Below, one piece after another: positions 11,601 to 23,812 of a stretch of DNA of 64,000 nucleotides (its first letter is position 1; each line of letters begins with the position of its first letter). Under the pieces are notes generated by a model, which did not search any database, was not told the DNA's origin, and worked only from the letters and a program-made list of their open reading frames with translations. Position numbers and translations under genes: made by a program. Source of the stretch: Nemertoderma westbladi (Eukaryota > Animalia > Xenacoelomorpha); assembly GCA_032718475.1 (NCBI GenBank), contig JAUCBJ010009116.1, forward strand, positions 62,714-126,713, given 5' to 3'.

Positions 11601-11661
11601 TACTATCTGTTAGGTATGAAACTGAAACTAACCTCATGGTAGAGATTACTATCTGTTAGGT
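8617..11661. repeat. 46-bp minisatellite, about 66 copies, spanning the donor site of VWA7-like exon 3
   Basis: Unit ctgttaggtatgaaactgaaactaacctcgtggtagagattactat. The highest-coordinate copy overlaps the exon 3' end. Confidence 0.97.
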
Positions 11662-11750
11662 CTAATATTCGTAGTTTCGACCTCTGAATTCCGAGTTGAG
11701 CCTCTGATATCCGTTCGGAATCGAAATGTAAATCTGCTCGACTTGCAAAC
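11633..11750 (-). CDS. VWA7: VWA7-like exon 3
   Basis: ttacag|...LHFDSERI...LTDSNLYHE|gttagt; the HFDSE motif is typical of the VWA7 N-terminus. Confidence 0.88.
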
Positions 11751-12495
11751 CTGTAAGAATAATTTGTAGTACCGGTACACAGTAGGCCTAATTATTTACT
11801 GTTGTATAGTGATAGCCCGATAGGCCTATTTTTTAAATATATTTTTAAACAAAAAATCGTACAAATCTTTAAAATATGAGGCGGGATTGTTGTATAATAA
11901 GTGTAACTCGTAGAAACCTATTTTTATACCCAGTAGTGCAGTCTGTGGTGAGATGAACCGTTTATTTATGTTGCAAGCGGAACAAAGCGAGCAGGTTTTT
12001 TTCCCATTGTCAATATCGTATTTGGGAGTACGGGGTCATTTTTTGTGGAATTTTTTTTTTGCTGATTTATTTTTTAAGGGGGTTGAAATTGCTACATGGC
12101 CCGGTTCGATTCGGAGGTTTTCCATTACTTACTAATTTAGTTCAACTAATAACCTCTTACATTAAATAGACTCTATATTGTTTATTTGTTAATTTGTTCG
12201 TTAATTATTTTTTGAAAGGTGATAATGAATATGAGCTAATTTGAAACGAATTTGTAGATTATTTCACCAAACACAACAGAATATGGAACACCAGGAGGAT
12301 ACATTGAGTGAAGAAAGTCCAGAACATAATAATATATTGAGCAGGTGAGTGAACCGCTATGGAACACCAAATCCGAACAAATCAGTATTGATTATTATTG
12401 TAGAATAATATTTTCAAATTAGCTTAAATTCACGCTACTTATGCATGGTTTATAAAGTTATCTTGTAGCAATAAATTATTATAGGTGATCATTAC

Positions 12496-12714
12496 ATTGG
12501 TTGTGTATCCATATCACCATTGGCCTCTACGATGGTGTTTATTGAACGTTCCATATATTCAGCATTGTGGCTCGCCCCATAGTAAGCGCGGAACAGTTGT
12601 GTGGGTGATTGGTACGGATGGAGGGTAGATAGATTGGGTATCAGTTGGTGCCGACCTGGGTGGTCTAGGAAGTACGACTCAGCCGTGTCAATAATAGCTC
12701 TTCTGGTTATTGTT
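12496..12714 (-). CDS. VWA7: VWA7-like exon 2
   Basis: ctgcag|...TITRRAII...LFRAYYG...IVEANGDMD...|gtaatg; 219 nt, phase 2-2, frame fits both neighbours. Confidence 0.85.
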
Positions 12715-12869
12715 CTGCAGAAAATATTACATAATTTATATAATGCAGGTGGCTGCTGTACCTACAGTATAGCACATAAAGAAAATTGTACCAGTACATA
12801 CTGATTCTGTTTGTAGACTAACTAAGCGAAAACAATAGAGGGAACACCTCCTAAATACCAGTTCATTCC

Positions 12870-13210
12870 TATTCGCAAGTCCTGTGTCCTTCAGCAGGCC
12901 TTCGAAGAAAGACATGGGTTCGATCCTCACATGGGCCAGGGCAGTTTCGGCACGAATGCTTTAAAGGGACCAGCCAGGGTGCATCTCTGCCTTGCATCCT
13001 TAAGTGCTAGCTAAATGAGTACTGGAGTTTCCTCTGGGGAGTAAAGTTCTGGGGGGACCGCACTGGAAATAAGTCGTCAGATGCGTAATCTCATTAGCAG
13101 TCAGCTCTACCACGGAGAGGGTTGTTTACAGATTTGTGTGTGTGCATCGGCTACGATACTCTCTCGCCTCTCGCTGGTCTAGAATGCTTCGGTCTACCAA
13201 GAGGATCTAC
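12870..13210 (+). mobile_element. tRNA-derived SINE, degenerate; boundaries approximate
   Basis: B-box-like ggttcgatcc at about 12917, followed by gccttgcatcctt...taaatgagtac, similar to the central block of the SINE at 31720-32079. Confidence 0.55.
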
Positions 13211-13464
13211 CTCAGATTCCGTTGTTTCATATAAACAGCTCTATTTGCAGCTGACTTTATATATTTCTCAAAGTCGTTAATTTCATCATTTATTTAGGCT
13301 GGAGTATCTATTTGAAACCTCCAACGTAAATTTCTTCTTTTTAATTGGGTTTTTCAAGTAGACCTCTCATTACGTGGGGTGGATTTTTTTAAGGAGACCA
13401 TTGTTGGCATCAAGTCTTAATTTGTTCCGTCCCAAAACCTGACTATGATCAGTCTGAAATTTGG

Positions 13465-13700
13465 GGCGAGCCACGAAAGTAAGCGAGCTTAGCGTACGGG
13501 TACCACTATCTCAATCGGTATGTCTGTCGTTCCGTTGTTCTGTCGTTCTGTTGTGTTTAATTTTAAGCGTTAATAACTCAGCCAAATGTTAAAGAAATCT
13601 ATCCAAACTTGGTACACATGTAGTCTGGCAAAAGTTTATAAATTTTCTAATTTGAATTTCCGTGTGGCCTTCGAGAAGCTAAGATAATAGAAGTTAATTA
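13465..13700 (+). mobile_element. Possible Helentron/DINE-1-like non-autonomous fragment
   Basis: GTCT-like microsatellite followed by aataactc...aaacttggtacacatg, a layout typical of DINE-1/HINE elements; recognised by eye only. Confidence 0.4.
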
Positions 13701-14165
13701 TTTAATTAAGTTGATTACGGTAAAAACAGCATTTTCAACCTGCTTCTTAAATGATATTAATTATTTTCTAGTATAAGATTTAAATAATTATACTTAAAAA
13801 TTATACAACTGTATTCCCCATACCCCATTCCATCACAGTTTTTAATTGCTTTAAGAAATGTGTTTTTAATTGATCTAAACGTAATTAACTTATTAAAATA
13901 CCCCGTCTCCAGCTGTAGCTACTATTGTACTACACTAAGTATAGTTCGCCTTGTTTCGTACAGTTTAACAAATAGAGTTTCTGGTTAATTAATAATAATT
14001 TATTCTGGTGAAATCGTTTCACAATATTTATCACAACATTGAGGGACCTATAACATTTAGCAGCAGTGTACCGTATTATTTTGTAACTAAAATATAATAT
14101 TGATTCCTAATTAAATAAATAACATCTAACGTTGATAAATAACTTCCAATTTGTGGTTTACGTAC

Positions 14166-14284
14166 TTGTGGCTGTAACTCATCTCTGTTGATGAATCACC
14201 CAAAATTGTATTGGGCATAAAACCGGAAGTTCTAGAACAATAAAAACTCATAATGGTAGCCAAAATTAACACAAAATTGCACAT
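14166..14284 (-). CDS. VWA7: VWA7-like protein, coding exon 1 (signal peptide)
   Basis: MCNFVLILATIMSFYCSRTSGFMPN...SYSH; donor AA|gtacgt, phase 2; an upstream AG suggests a 5' UTR intron. Confidence 0.8.
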
Positions 14285-15077
14285 GACTCCAGACAGACCT
14301 TCAAAATAAAACAAATAGTACAGTAAACTTCTCTAAGTTTCTGTGTAGCGAATTAATATGATATTGACTGAACAATTTATAATCGTGAATAATTTGAATA
14401 AAAAATATACGTAAGAAATTGGTTGGTATTATAGTGGTTTAAGTTGCGGACAATAATATGAATTCGGTCTTTACAAACTTGTCCTAGTTACAACAGAGTC
14501 GTTGTAAATACTTGAAAGACCCCCAGTAGAGTTATAAGTGTAACATCCATTGAAGTTAATTCCAATACCCTCTTTCTATTGAGTGAGATTGTATTGGCAG
14601 TAAGGAGAGCAACCGGCCCAGACACCAACTAGAAACATTAAACAACATCTGATACCGGAAGTGACAGAATAAAAAAAAATACATTGGCCTACTGTTTGTT
14701 CCAGCCCATCACAGACTCTATGTATACAGTTACTATGCAAGTTGATACCATCTGAAGTCGTAGTGGTTAAAATTTTTGTGTTTTTTCTCTGTGACCTAAA
14801 GATGTAGCAATAAATGTAAGCCATTCGTTATTGAAAATCGTGCGCTTAAATAAAATGCAACTTACGACACAATGTGCTAATGTGCACAATTATTGTTGCT
14901 ACAGGTGAATGAACTCGCTTACGAGTCATTCAGTAGAGGAATGTCATTGTCTCTTATGATAGCATGTATGTAAGAGCGAGAATTTTAGTTAAAGTTAAGA
15001 TCAATTGAGGCAAAACCATAACATCCAATCCATTGTCAATTAAACCTAAAATAAATTAAATTAACATGACAACAATA

Positions 15078-15091
15078 GTTACCATGACAAC
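15078..15091. promoter_or_regulatory. RFX X-box-like motif in the intergenic region between the divergent genes
   Basis: GTTACCATGACAAC; a second weaker match GTTGCCAGGCAAT lies at 16449-16461. Confidence 0.35.
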
Positions 15092-16890
15092 AACAGAATA
15101 CATTTAATTGAACATTTGGTCATCGATTAAACAGAGATGAACTCCGTAAGAATGAGAATAACGCAACAATATGGTAGGGAAAGTGAGATACAGTTGTTAC
15201 AACCCTTAATGTAGTCGGTAATACCAGTAAATAAATTCAGTTTAATGTTAACAAGTTGAAACATTTTACTTGCGTAGAAATTTAGTAGAATTGATTATTA
15301 CGAAGGTTAATTAATTAAGCATAGTAGACGGGTTATTGTATTTTTATTGGATACCCTTGACCCAGCTGTGGGTGTATGTAAAGCTGCTATTTCCTTATCC
15401 ACCGTAGCCAAAATATCTGCGGGAAGTCCATTTTGATATCAAAACAATAAAGTTTGAACAATAATTTGTTTTATTAATATTAGATATCGATTGGGCCGGT
15501 GTGATCCGTAAATTCCGACGCGTTTGTGTTTGCGTAGGTTATCCGTAACTGACGGGTGATGGATTGTAATGTCATCGAAACAGGTGAAATTTAAGCAATA
15601 AGTCGCATAGCTTATTGCTTAAGCTTTTCAACTTTCGACTTGTGTCGCATTGCCTCCTACCGCTCAGAACAAGTAAACTGATACAAATAAACTCGCATTC
15701 AATCCTATTTAATTCAGTTAGGTTGGGATGGACATTCACAGGAAAATAATGTTTATCTGGGAAGTTATTATAGACAAACATTATTATAGACAAACATTTT
15801 TTGAATTTCTTATTATTGTAAAACTCGATAATAATACTGTATTGTAATTATTATAAACATTTACTTATATTCTATTTGTCAAATTCTTACGATATTGTGA
15901 TTTATTAACGAACTATTTTGTTTCCAATTTTATAAATTAGTTGAATGTAGGAAGCTTGTAATACATAGAACACATGAGATTAGCTGGACTCCACCATGCG
16001 TATCAATGGGCGTGTAATCACAATTCATTAAATTTACATAGCAACAATAAACCATTGATTTAGGAAATTATTTTCCTTGGGTGAGAGCAATTTAATGCTG
16101 GTTACATGGCATTGACGGCACTTCGGATTGACATGTTATTATTACCTGGTTATTTTTTATTAGAAAGTCGAATTCTGTTTAAATAAGTTAGACATGGTTC
16201 TGAAATAACTCATTTAATATTTGTTTACCAAATTCTTTTGTCAGTATATTTATATATATACAGTATATATATCTATAATGTGGTTGGAGGTTAACAGTTA
16301 TGTAGGACAATTTGCCCCCTGAGGACAACCGCCACCGGACAATTGCCTTCTGATATCTTTTTTTTAACCTTTAATATGTATATATATCAGCATAAATATA
16401 GACTATACAGCTTATACACCTCCACCGCGTCCTACCTACACCAATATCGTTGCCAGGCAATACATTAGGTTAATAATTAGATTAACAGTTAGGTTAGTAG
16501 TTAGGTTAATAATTAGGTTAATAGTTTGGTTGACAGTTAGGTTAACGGTTAGGTTAACAGCTATGTTAACAGTTAGGTTAACGGTTAAGTTAACAGTTAA
16601 GTTATTGTCAGTTTATATTTATAATATACGGTCAATTATTTATATTATATTATATTATATTATATTTAGTTTAAATATTGTTATTTTATATATTAAATAA
16701 GTATATTTATATTTACTAAATAATAATTATGTATTAATAATATTATTTGATAAATAATTGACCTGGGATAATTAATTTTATTTAATGTGCGACATTTTTA
16801 CTGTATCATGATTTGAGTAAACCAACGCCCCCATGTGGCCGATAGCGGGACTGTGATTTATAACTTCCGAGACTGAATCTATAAGACACA

Positions 16891-17048
16891 ATGTCTATCA
16901 CAGCTGTAGCAATCTCTGCAATGAGACAGAAGCAGAACGAACTGGACGGTGGTAAAGATTATAGACGCGCCAGTCGGTTGAGTAGGGCGGGTGCTACTAC
17001 AGGGGGATCCTTACAGGCCAATGGGATGGGTGTAACTAGTGATAGAAA
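16891..17048 (+). CDS. stum: stum/SPEC3-like protein, exon 1
   Basis: ATG...MSITAVAISAMRQKQ...GVTSDR AA|gtaagt, phase 2; frame joins exon 2. Confidence 0.75.
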
Positions 17049-19281
17049 GTAAGTGTTACAGTGGGAACCTTACAGGCCTATGGGATGAGTGTAACTGGTG
17101 ATAGAAAGTAAGTGTTACAGGGGGAACCTTACAGGCCAATGGGATGAGTGTAACTGGTGATAGAAAGTAAGTGTTACAGGGGGGAACCTTACAGGCCAAT
17201 GGATGAGTGTAACTGGTGATAGAAAGTAAGTGTTACAGGGGGAACCTTACAGTGGGAACCTTACAGGCCAATGGGATGGGTGTAACTAGTGATAGAAAGT
17301 AAGTGTTACAGGGGGAACCTTACAGGCCAATGGGATGAGTCCTACTGGTGATAGAAAGTAAGTGTTACAGGGGGAACCTTACAGTGGGAACCTTACAGGC
17401 CAATGGGATGGGTGTAACGGGTGAAAGAAAGTAAGTGTTACAGGGGGAACCTTACAGGCCAATGGGATGAGTGTAACTGGTGATAGAAAGTAAGTGTTAC
17501 ATGGGGAACCTTACAGGCCAATGGGATGAGTTCAACTGGTGATAGAAAGTAAGTGTTACAGGGGGAACCTTACAGTGGGAACCTTACAGGCCAATGGGAT
17601 GGTTGTAACGGGTGAAAGAAAGTAAGTGTTACAGGGGGAACCTTACAGGCCAATGGGATGAGTGTAACTGGTGATAGAAAGTAAGTGTTACAGGGGGAAC
17701 CTTACAGGCCAATGGGATGAGTCCAACTGGTGATAGAAAGTAAGTGTTACAGGGGGGAACCTTACAGGCCAATGGGATGAGTGTAACTGGTGATAGAAAG
17801 TAAGTGTTACAGGGGGAACCTTACAGGCCAATGGGATGAGTGTAACTGGTGATAGAAAGTAAGTGTTACAGGGGGGAACCTTACAGGCCTATGGGATGAG
17901 TGTAACGGGTGATAGAAAGTAAGTGTTACAGGGGAACCTTACAGGCCAATGGGATGAGTGTAACGGGTGATAGAAAGTAAGTGTTACAGGGGGAACCTTA
18001 CAGGCCAATGGGATGAGTGTAACTGGTGATAGAAAGTAAGTGTTACAGGGGGAACCTTACAGTGGGAACCTTACAGGCCAATGGGATGGGTGTAACTAGT
18101 GATAGAAAGTAAGTGTTACAGGGGGAACCTTACAGGCCAATGGGAGGAGTGTAACTGGTGATAGAAAGTAAGTGTTACAGGGGAACCTTACAGGCCAATG
18201 GGATGAGTGTAACGGGTGATAGAAAGTAAGTGTTACAGGGGGACCTTACAGGCCAATGGGATGAGTGTAACGGGTGATAGAAAGTAAGTGTTACAGGGGG
18301 AACCTTACAGGCCAATGGGATGAGTGTAACTAGTGATAGAAAGTAAGTGTTACAGGGGGAACCTTACAGGCCAATGGGATGACTGTAACTGGTGATAGAA
18401 AGTAAGTGTTACAGGGGGAACCTTACAGTGGGAACCTTACAGGCCAATGGGATGGGTGTAACTAGTGATAGAAAGTAAGTGTTACAGGGGGAACCTTACA
18501 GGCCAATGGGAGGAGTGTAACTGGTGATAGAAAGTAAGTGTTACAGGGGAACCTTACAGGCCAATGGGATGAGTGTAACGGGTGATAGAAAGTAAGTGTT
18601 ACAGGGGGAACCTTACAGTGGGAACCTTACAGGCCAATGGGATGGGTGTAACTAGTGATAGAAAGTAAGTGTTACAGGGGGATCCTTACAGGCCAATGGG
18701 ATGAGTGTAACTGGTGATAGAAAGTAAGTGTTACAGGGGGAACCTTACAGTGGGAACCTTACAGGCCAATGGGATGAGTGTAACTGGTGATAGAAAGTAA
18801 GTGTTACAGGGGGAACCTTACAGGCCAATGGGATGAGTGTAACTGGTGATAGAAAGTAAGTGTTACAGGGGGAACCTTACAGTGGGAACCTTACAGGCCA
18901 ATGGGATGGGTGTAACTAGTGATAGAAAGTAAGTGTTACAGGGGGAACCTTACAGGCCAATGGGATGAGTCCAACTGGTGATAGAAAGTAAGTGTTACAG
19001 GGGGAACCTTACAGGCCAATGGGATGAGTGTAACTGGTGATAGAAAGTAAGTGTTACAGGGGGAACCTTACAGTGGGAACCTTACAGGCCAATGGGATGG
19101 GTGTAACTAGTGATAGAAAGTAAGTGTTACAGGGGGGAACCTTACAGGCCAATGGGATGAGTGTAACTGGTGATAGAAAGTAAGTGTTACAGGGGAAACC
19201 TTACAGGCCTATGGGATGAGTGTAACTGGTGATAGAAAGTAAGTGTTACAGGGGGGAACCTTACAGGCCTATGGGATGAGT
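16997..19281. repeat. About 59-bp minisatellite, about 36 copies, spanning the donor of stum-like exon 1
   Basis: Unit gggggaaccttacaggccaatgggatgagtgtaactggtgatagaaa|gtaagtgttaca; some copies carry a 15-bp internal duplication. Confidence 0.96.
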
Positions 19282-19289
19282 CCCATTGT

Positions 19290-19634
19290 AGACGCTGTAG
19301 TGTGGGACCTTTACAATATATATTTATTTCCATACAGACGCAACAGTGTGGGACCTTTACCATATATATTTATTTCCCTACAGACCCAGCAGTGTGGGAC
19401 CTTTACCAGATATATTTATTTCCATACAGACCCAGTAGTGTGGGACCTTTACCATATATATTTATTTCCCTACAGACGCAGCAGTGTGGGACCTTTACCA
19501 GATATATTTATTTCCCTACAGACCCAGTAGTGTGGGACCTTTACCATATATATTTATTTCCCTACAGACGCAGCAGTGTGGGACGACCTTTACCATATAT
19601 ATTTAATTCCCTACAGACGCAGCAGTGTGGGACC
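19290..19634. repeat. 46-bp minisatellite, 7 copies, spanning the acceptor of stum-like exon 2
   Basis: Unit tttaccatatatatttatttccctacag|acgcagcagtgtgggacc; AG ends at 19337, 19383, 19429, 19475, 19521, 19567 and 19616. Confidence 0.95.
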
Positions 19635-19696
19635 CAATGTAGTTATATCTGAAGCAAACGATATTGATGGACGCAAAGCATCCACATACTCATCAG
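19617..19696 (+). CDS. stum: stum-like exon 2
   Basis: ctacag|A RSSVGPNVVISEANDIDGRKASTYSS G|gtatta; 80 nt, phase 2-1, bridges exon 1 to the phase-1 exons downstream. Confidence 0.75.
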
Positions 19697-19709
19697 GTAT
19701 TAAAGATAT

Positions 19710-21465
19710 TACATAATTTTATTATTATATTATATTATATTACATTATTTTACATAATTTTACATAATTTTATTATTATATTACATTATTTTATTTTATT
19801 ATTATATTATATGACATTATTTTATTATTATATTATATGACATTATGTTATTATTATATTATATTACATTATTTTATTTTATTATTATATTATATGACAT
19901 TATTTTATTATTATATTATATGACATTATTTTATTATTATATTATATGACATTATTTTATTATTATATTATATTACATTATTTTATTTTATTATTATATT
20001 ATATTACATTATTTTATTATTATATTTATTATATTACATTATTTTATTTTATTATTATATTATATTACATAATTTTATTATTATATTATATTACATTATT
20101 TTATTTTATTATTATATTATATTATATGACATTATGTTATTATTATATTATATTACATTATTTTATTTTATTATTATATTATATTACATTATTTTATTTT
20201 ATTATTATATTATATGACATTATTTTATTATTATATTATATGACATTATTTTATTATTATATTATATGACATTATTTTATTATTATATTATATTACATAA
20301 TTTTATTATTATATTATATTACATTATTTTATTTTATTATTATATTATATTATATGACATTATGTTATTATTATATTATATTACATTATTTTATTTTATT
20401 ATTATATTATATGACATTATTTTATTATTATATTATATGACATTATTTTATTATTATATTATATTACATTATTTTATTATTATATTTATTATATTACATT
20501 ATTTTATTTTATTATTATATTATATTACATAATTTTATTATTATATTATATTACATTATTTTATTTTATTATTATATTATATTATATGACATTATGTTAT
20601 TATTATATTATATTACATTATTTTATTTTATTATTATATTATATTACATTATTTTATTTTATTATTATATTATATTACATTATTTTATTTTATTATTATA
20701 TTATATGACATTATTTTATTATTATATTACATTACATTATTTTATTTTATTTTATTATTATATTATATGACATTATTTTATTATTATATTATATTACATT
20801 ATTTTATTTTATTATTATATTATATGACATTATTTTATTATTATATTACATTACATTATTTTATTTTATTATTATATTATATGACATTATTTTATTATTA
20901 TATTATATTACATTATTTTATTTTATTATTATATTATATGACATTATTTTATTATTATATTACATTACATTATTTTATTTTATTTTATTATTATATTATA
21001 TGACATTATTTTATTATTATATTATATTACATTATTTTATTTTATTATTATATTATATGACATTATTTTATTATTATATTACATTACATTATTTTATTTT
21101 ATTTTATTGTTATATTATATTACATTATTTTATTTTATTATTATATTATATTACATTATTTTATTTTATTATTATATTATATGACATTATTTTATTATTA
21201 TATTATATGACATTATTTTATTATTATATTACATTACATTATTTTATTTTATTTTATTGTTATATTATATGACATTATTTTATTATTATATTATATGACA
21301 TTATTTTATTATTATATTATATTACATTATTTTCTCTATCACTATGTCTACATTATTTTATTTTATTATTATATTATATGACATTATTTTATTATTATAT
21401 TACATTACATTATTTTATTTTATTTTATTGTTATATTATATTACATTATTTTATTATTATATAAT
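19710..21465. repeat. AT-rich low-complexity tandem repeat (tatattatatgacattatttt-like), left part
   Basis: Direct inspection; the ORFs here are YYII/FYF artefacts. Confidence 0.95.
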
Positions 21466-21469
21466 AATA

Positions 21470-22927
21470 ATCGTCAAGGTACGTAGACTCAGGTCGGTAC
21501 TCAGATGGGCTATAATCCTGAACCGGCCAAGTCTATCCTCATTGTTAAGTCTGGATATGAAGAGGAAGCTGCGGAACTGTTTGGTGACACAGGAGTCCAA
21601 ATCGTCAGTGGGCCTCGTTTCCGTGGAGGATTTATCGGCGAAACAGGAGACAGAAAGGCCTTCGTTATGGAGAAGGTTACCGGGTGGATCAACAGCTTAG
21701 TTAAGCTCTCGGAGGTAGCTAAGGAGTATCCACAATCTGCACACACGGGGATCACCCTCTGTCTCCAAGTAGAGTGGGACTATTTATTGCGTGTTATTCC
21801 AATTGCTGACGAAGAAATCGCGCCAATCCGCTCCGCTATCCTCCGCGATTACGCCTGGCAAGGATATTGAGAATCTCCTCTTACTCCCTGCTCGTGGTAT
21901 TGGTATACGCGACCCCCTGCTCTTACTCCCTGCTCGGCATGGTGGTATTGGTATACGCGACCTCCTGTTACGACGTGGGCCAGCCAGGACTGCCTCAACC
22001 GATGGTACATCGATGGTTTCTGGTATACGCGACCTCCTGTTACGACGTGGGCCAGCCAGGACTGCCTCAACCGATGGTACATCGATGGTTTCCGAAGCAA
22101 TACGCAGTGGCACACCTCTACAAGTGCCAGAACACATACTTACTCTGAACCAGGCCCTCAAGCACTTGAAGAACTTGAGACTACATTCCTGGAGAAGCGG
22201 GACTCGGCACTAGAGAACCTCCCAGCCATTCGACGCAGAACAGTGGAAAGGGCTGTGAACAACAAGACGGGGGGTTGGCTAACAACTCAACCTTCAATCT
22301 TAGATTGCACGGACCTCAGTGCGGAAGAGTTTAAGGACAACCTTGCTCTTCGTTACGGCATGGTCCCTCCGGGATTACCAGCGAGGGCTGTGGGGGTAAT
22401 TTCACGACTTCACATGCGTTGAGTTGCAATTCTGGGGGGCTGGTTGTAAAACGCCACGACGAGGTATGTGAGGTCTTCGGTGACCTTATCTTCTCTGTTG
22501 TTGGGCCCAGCTGTGTTGAGCGGGAGGTGACTCTGTCGCGTGGTAGTCTAGATACCGCCGGTCTCGAGGTCGGTGGCGTTCGAGCCGATTTGGTTGCACG
22601 TGGGTTCTGGGTGAACCAGAGGGTGGCGTCGTTCGACGTCGCAGTTATAAATGCTGACGCCACCTCCTATGCCCATTCTAATCGCTAGACCGAGTCTCTG
22701 CTAGAAGAGCGCTGCCGCTACAAAAAGCGTCATTACCACGCTGTCTGCGAGGACCGGAGGATGTCCTTCACTCCTGTGGTCAGCACTACCGATGGTGTCT
22801 GGTGCCGTGAGGCCCAGATCCTTACGCCACATAGCCGAAGCCCTTGTGGAAAAGCGTGACGGTATGCGAGAAAGGGGCCTCGTGTGTGTTTTAGGGGGTT
22901 TGGCGTCGCTTACAATTCGCGCTCCTC
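21470..22927 (+). mobile_element. CRE-clade non-LTR retrotransposon fragment (RT thumb, CCHC, restriction-like endonuclease); disrupted and truncated at both ends
   Basis: GYNPEPAKS..FRGGFIG..YPQSA..LPARHGGIGI..GWLT..EEFKDNLALRYG..HALSC..GGLVVKRHDEV..RADLVARGFW..FDVAV; contains frameshifts and internal duplications. Confidence 0.85.
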
Positions 22928-23175
22928 ATTATATGACATTATTTTATTATTATATTATATTATATTACATTATGTTATTATTATATTATATTACATTATT
23001 TTATTTTATTATTATATTATATGACATTATTTTTTCATTATATTATATTACATTATGTTATTATTATATTATATGACATTATTTTATTATTATATTATAT
23101 TACATTATTTTATTATTATATTATATGACATTATTTTATTATTATATTATATGACATTATTTTATTATTATTATA
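22928..23175. repeat. AT-rich tandem repeat, right part (same unit as 19710-21465)
   Basis: Direct inspection. Confidence 0.95.
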
Positions 23176-23281
23176 AGGTTAAACAGAGTGTCTATTTTAC
23201 CAGTATTATTCTTAGTTTCACTTTCAATTCCACAAAATTGCCTTTCTTCTCTTCCCCGCGCCATATAAACTTCGATTCCAG

Positions 23282-23317
23282 GTAGTAGCGGTAGAGTCAG
23301 CGTGTCTGATAGTGCCA
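23282..23317 (+). CDS. stum: stum-like exon 3 (36-nt symmetric mini-exon)
   Basis: ttccag|GT SSGRVSVSDSA A|gtatga, phase 1-1; not required for frame. Confidence 0.5.
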
Positions 23318-23598
23318 GTATGACTAAACACCATAAATTCAATGAATTACTGTATACTTATGTAATGCGGAGAGCTGTTATACAGCAGTATTAGCACACG
23401 GTACATGAATGTCAACCATTTTTAGTAATATAATTTAACTGATTATTATCCATCAAATGTATTTAATAGTAATAAATTGGTTAAAAAGTTGACTTTGAAT
23501 ATAAAATATATTTTTTAAATACATTATAGGCTGTATTTCTCTTCTGTTTAGAGATTTATTAGCAAGTCGTTAGACTTGATTACTGTAAGAAAAAAAAG

Positions 23599-23812
23599 CT
23601 ACTGACTACTGGCTACTGACTACTGGCTACTGACTACTGGCTACTGACTACTGGCTACTGACTACTGGCTACTGGCTACTGACTACTGGCTACTGACTAC
23701 TGGCTACTGACTACTGGCTACTGGCTACTGGCTACTGGCTACTGGCTACTGGCTACTGACTACTGGCTACTGGCTACTGACTACTAGCTACTGACTACTG
23801 ACTACTACCTAC
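23599..23812. repeat. 7-bp microsatellite (ctactgg/ctactga)
   Basis: Direct inspection. Confidence 0.95.

Noticed and set aside
8617-11632. Tandem functional micro-exons (CTAACAG|20 nt|GTTAGT in each unit)
   Set aside because: A 20-nt exon is not frame-preserving, spacing is only 26 nt and the polypyrimidine tract is weak. Not supportable without RNA data.
8617-11661. CRISPR-like array
   Set aside because: Units are contiguous with no unique spacers, there are no cas genes, and the context is eukaryotic. The same applies to the other arrays.
19946-21272. Tyr/Ile/Phe-rich ORFs
   Set aside because: Translations of an AT-rich tandem repeat.
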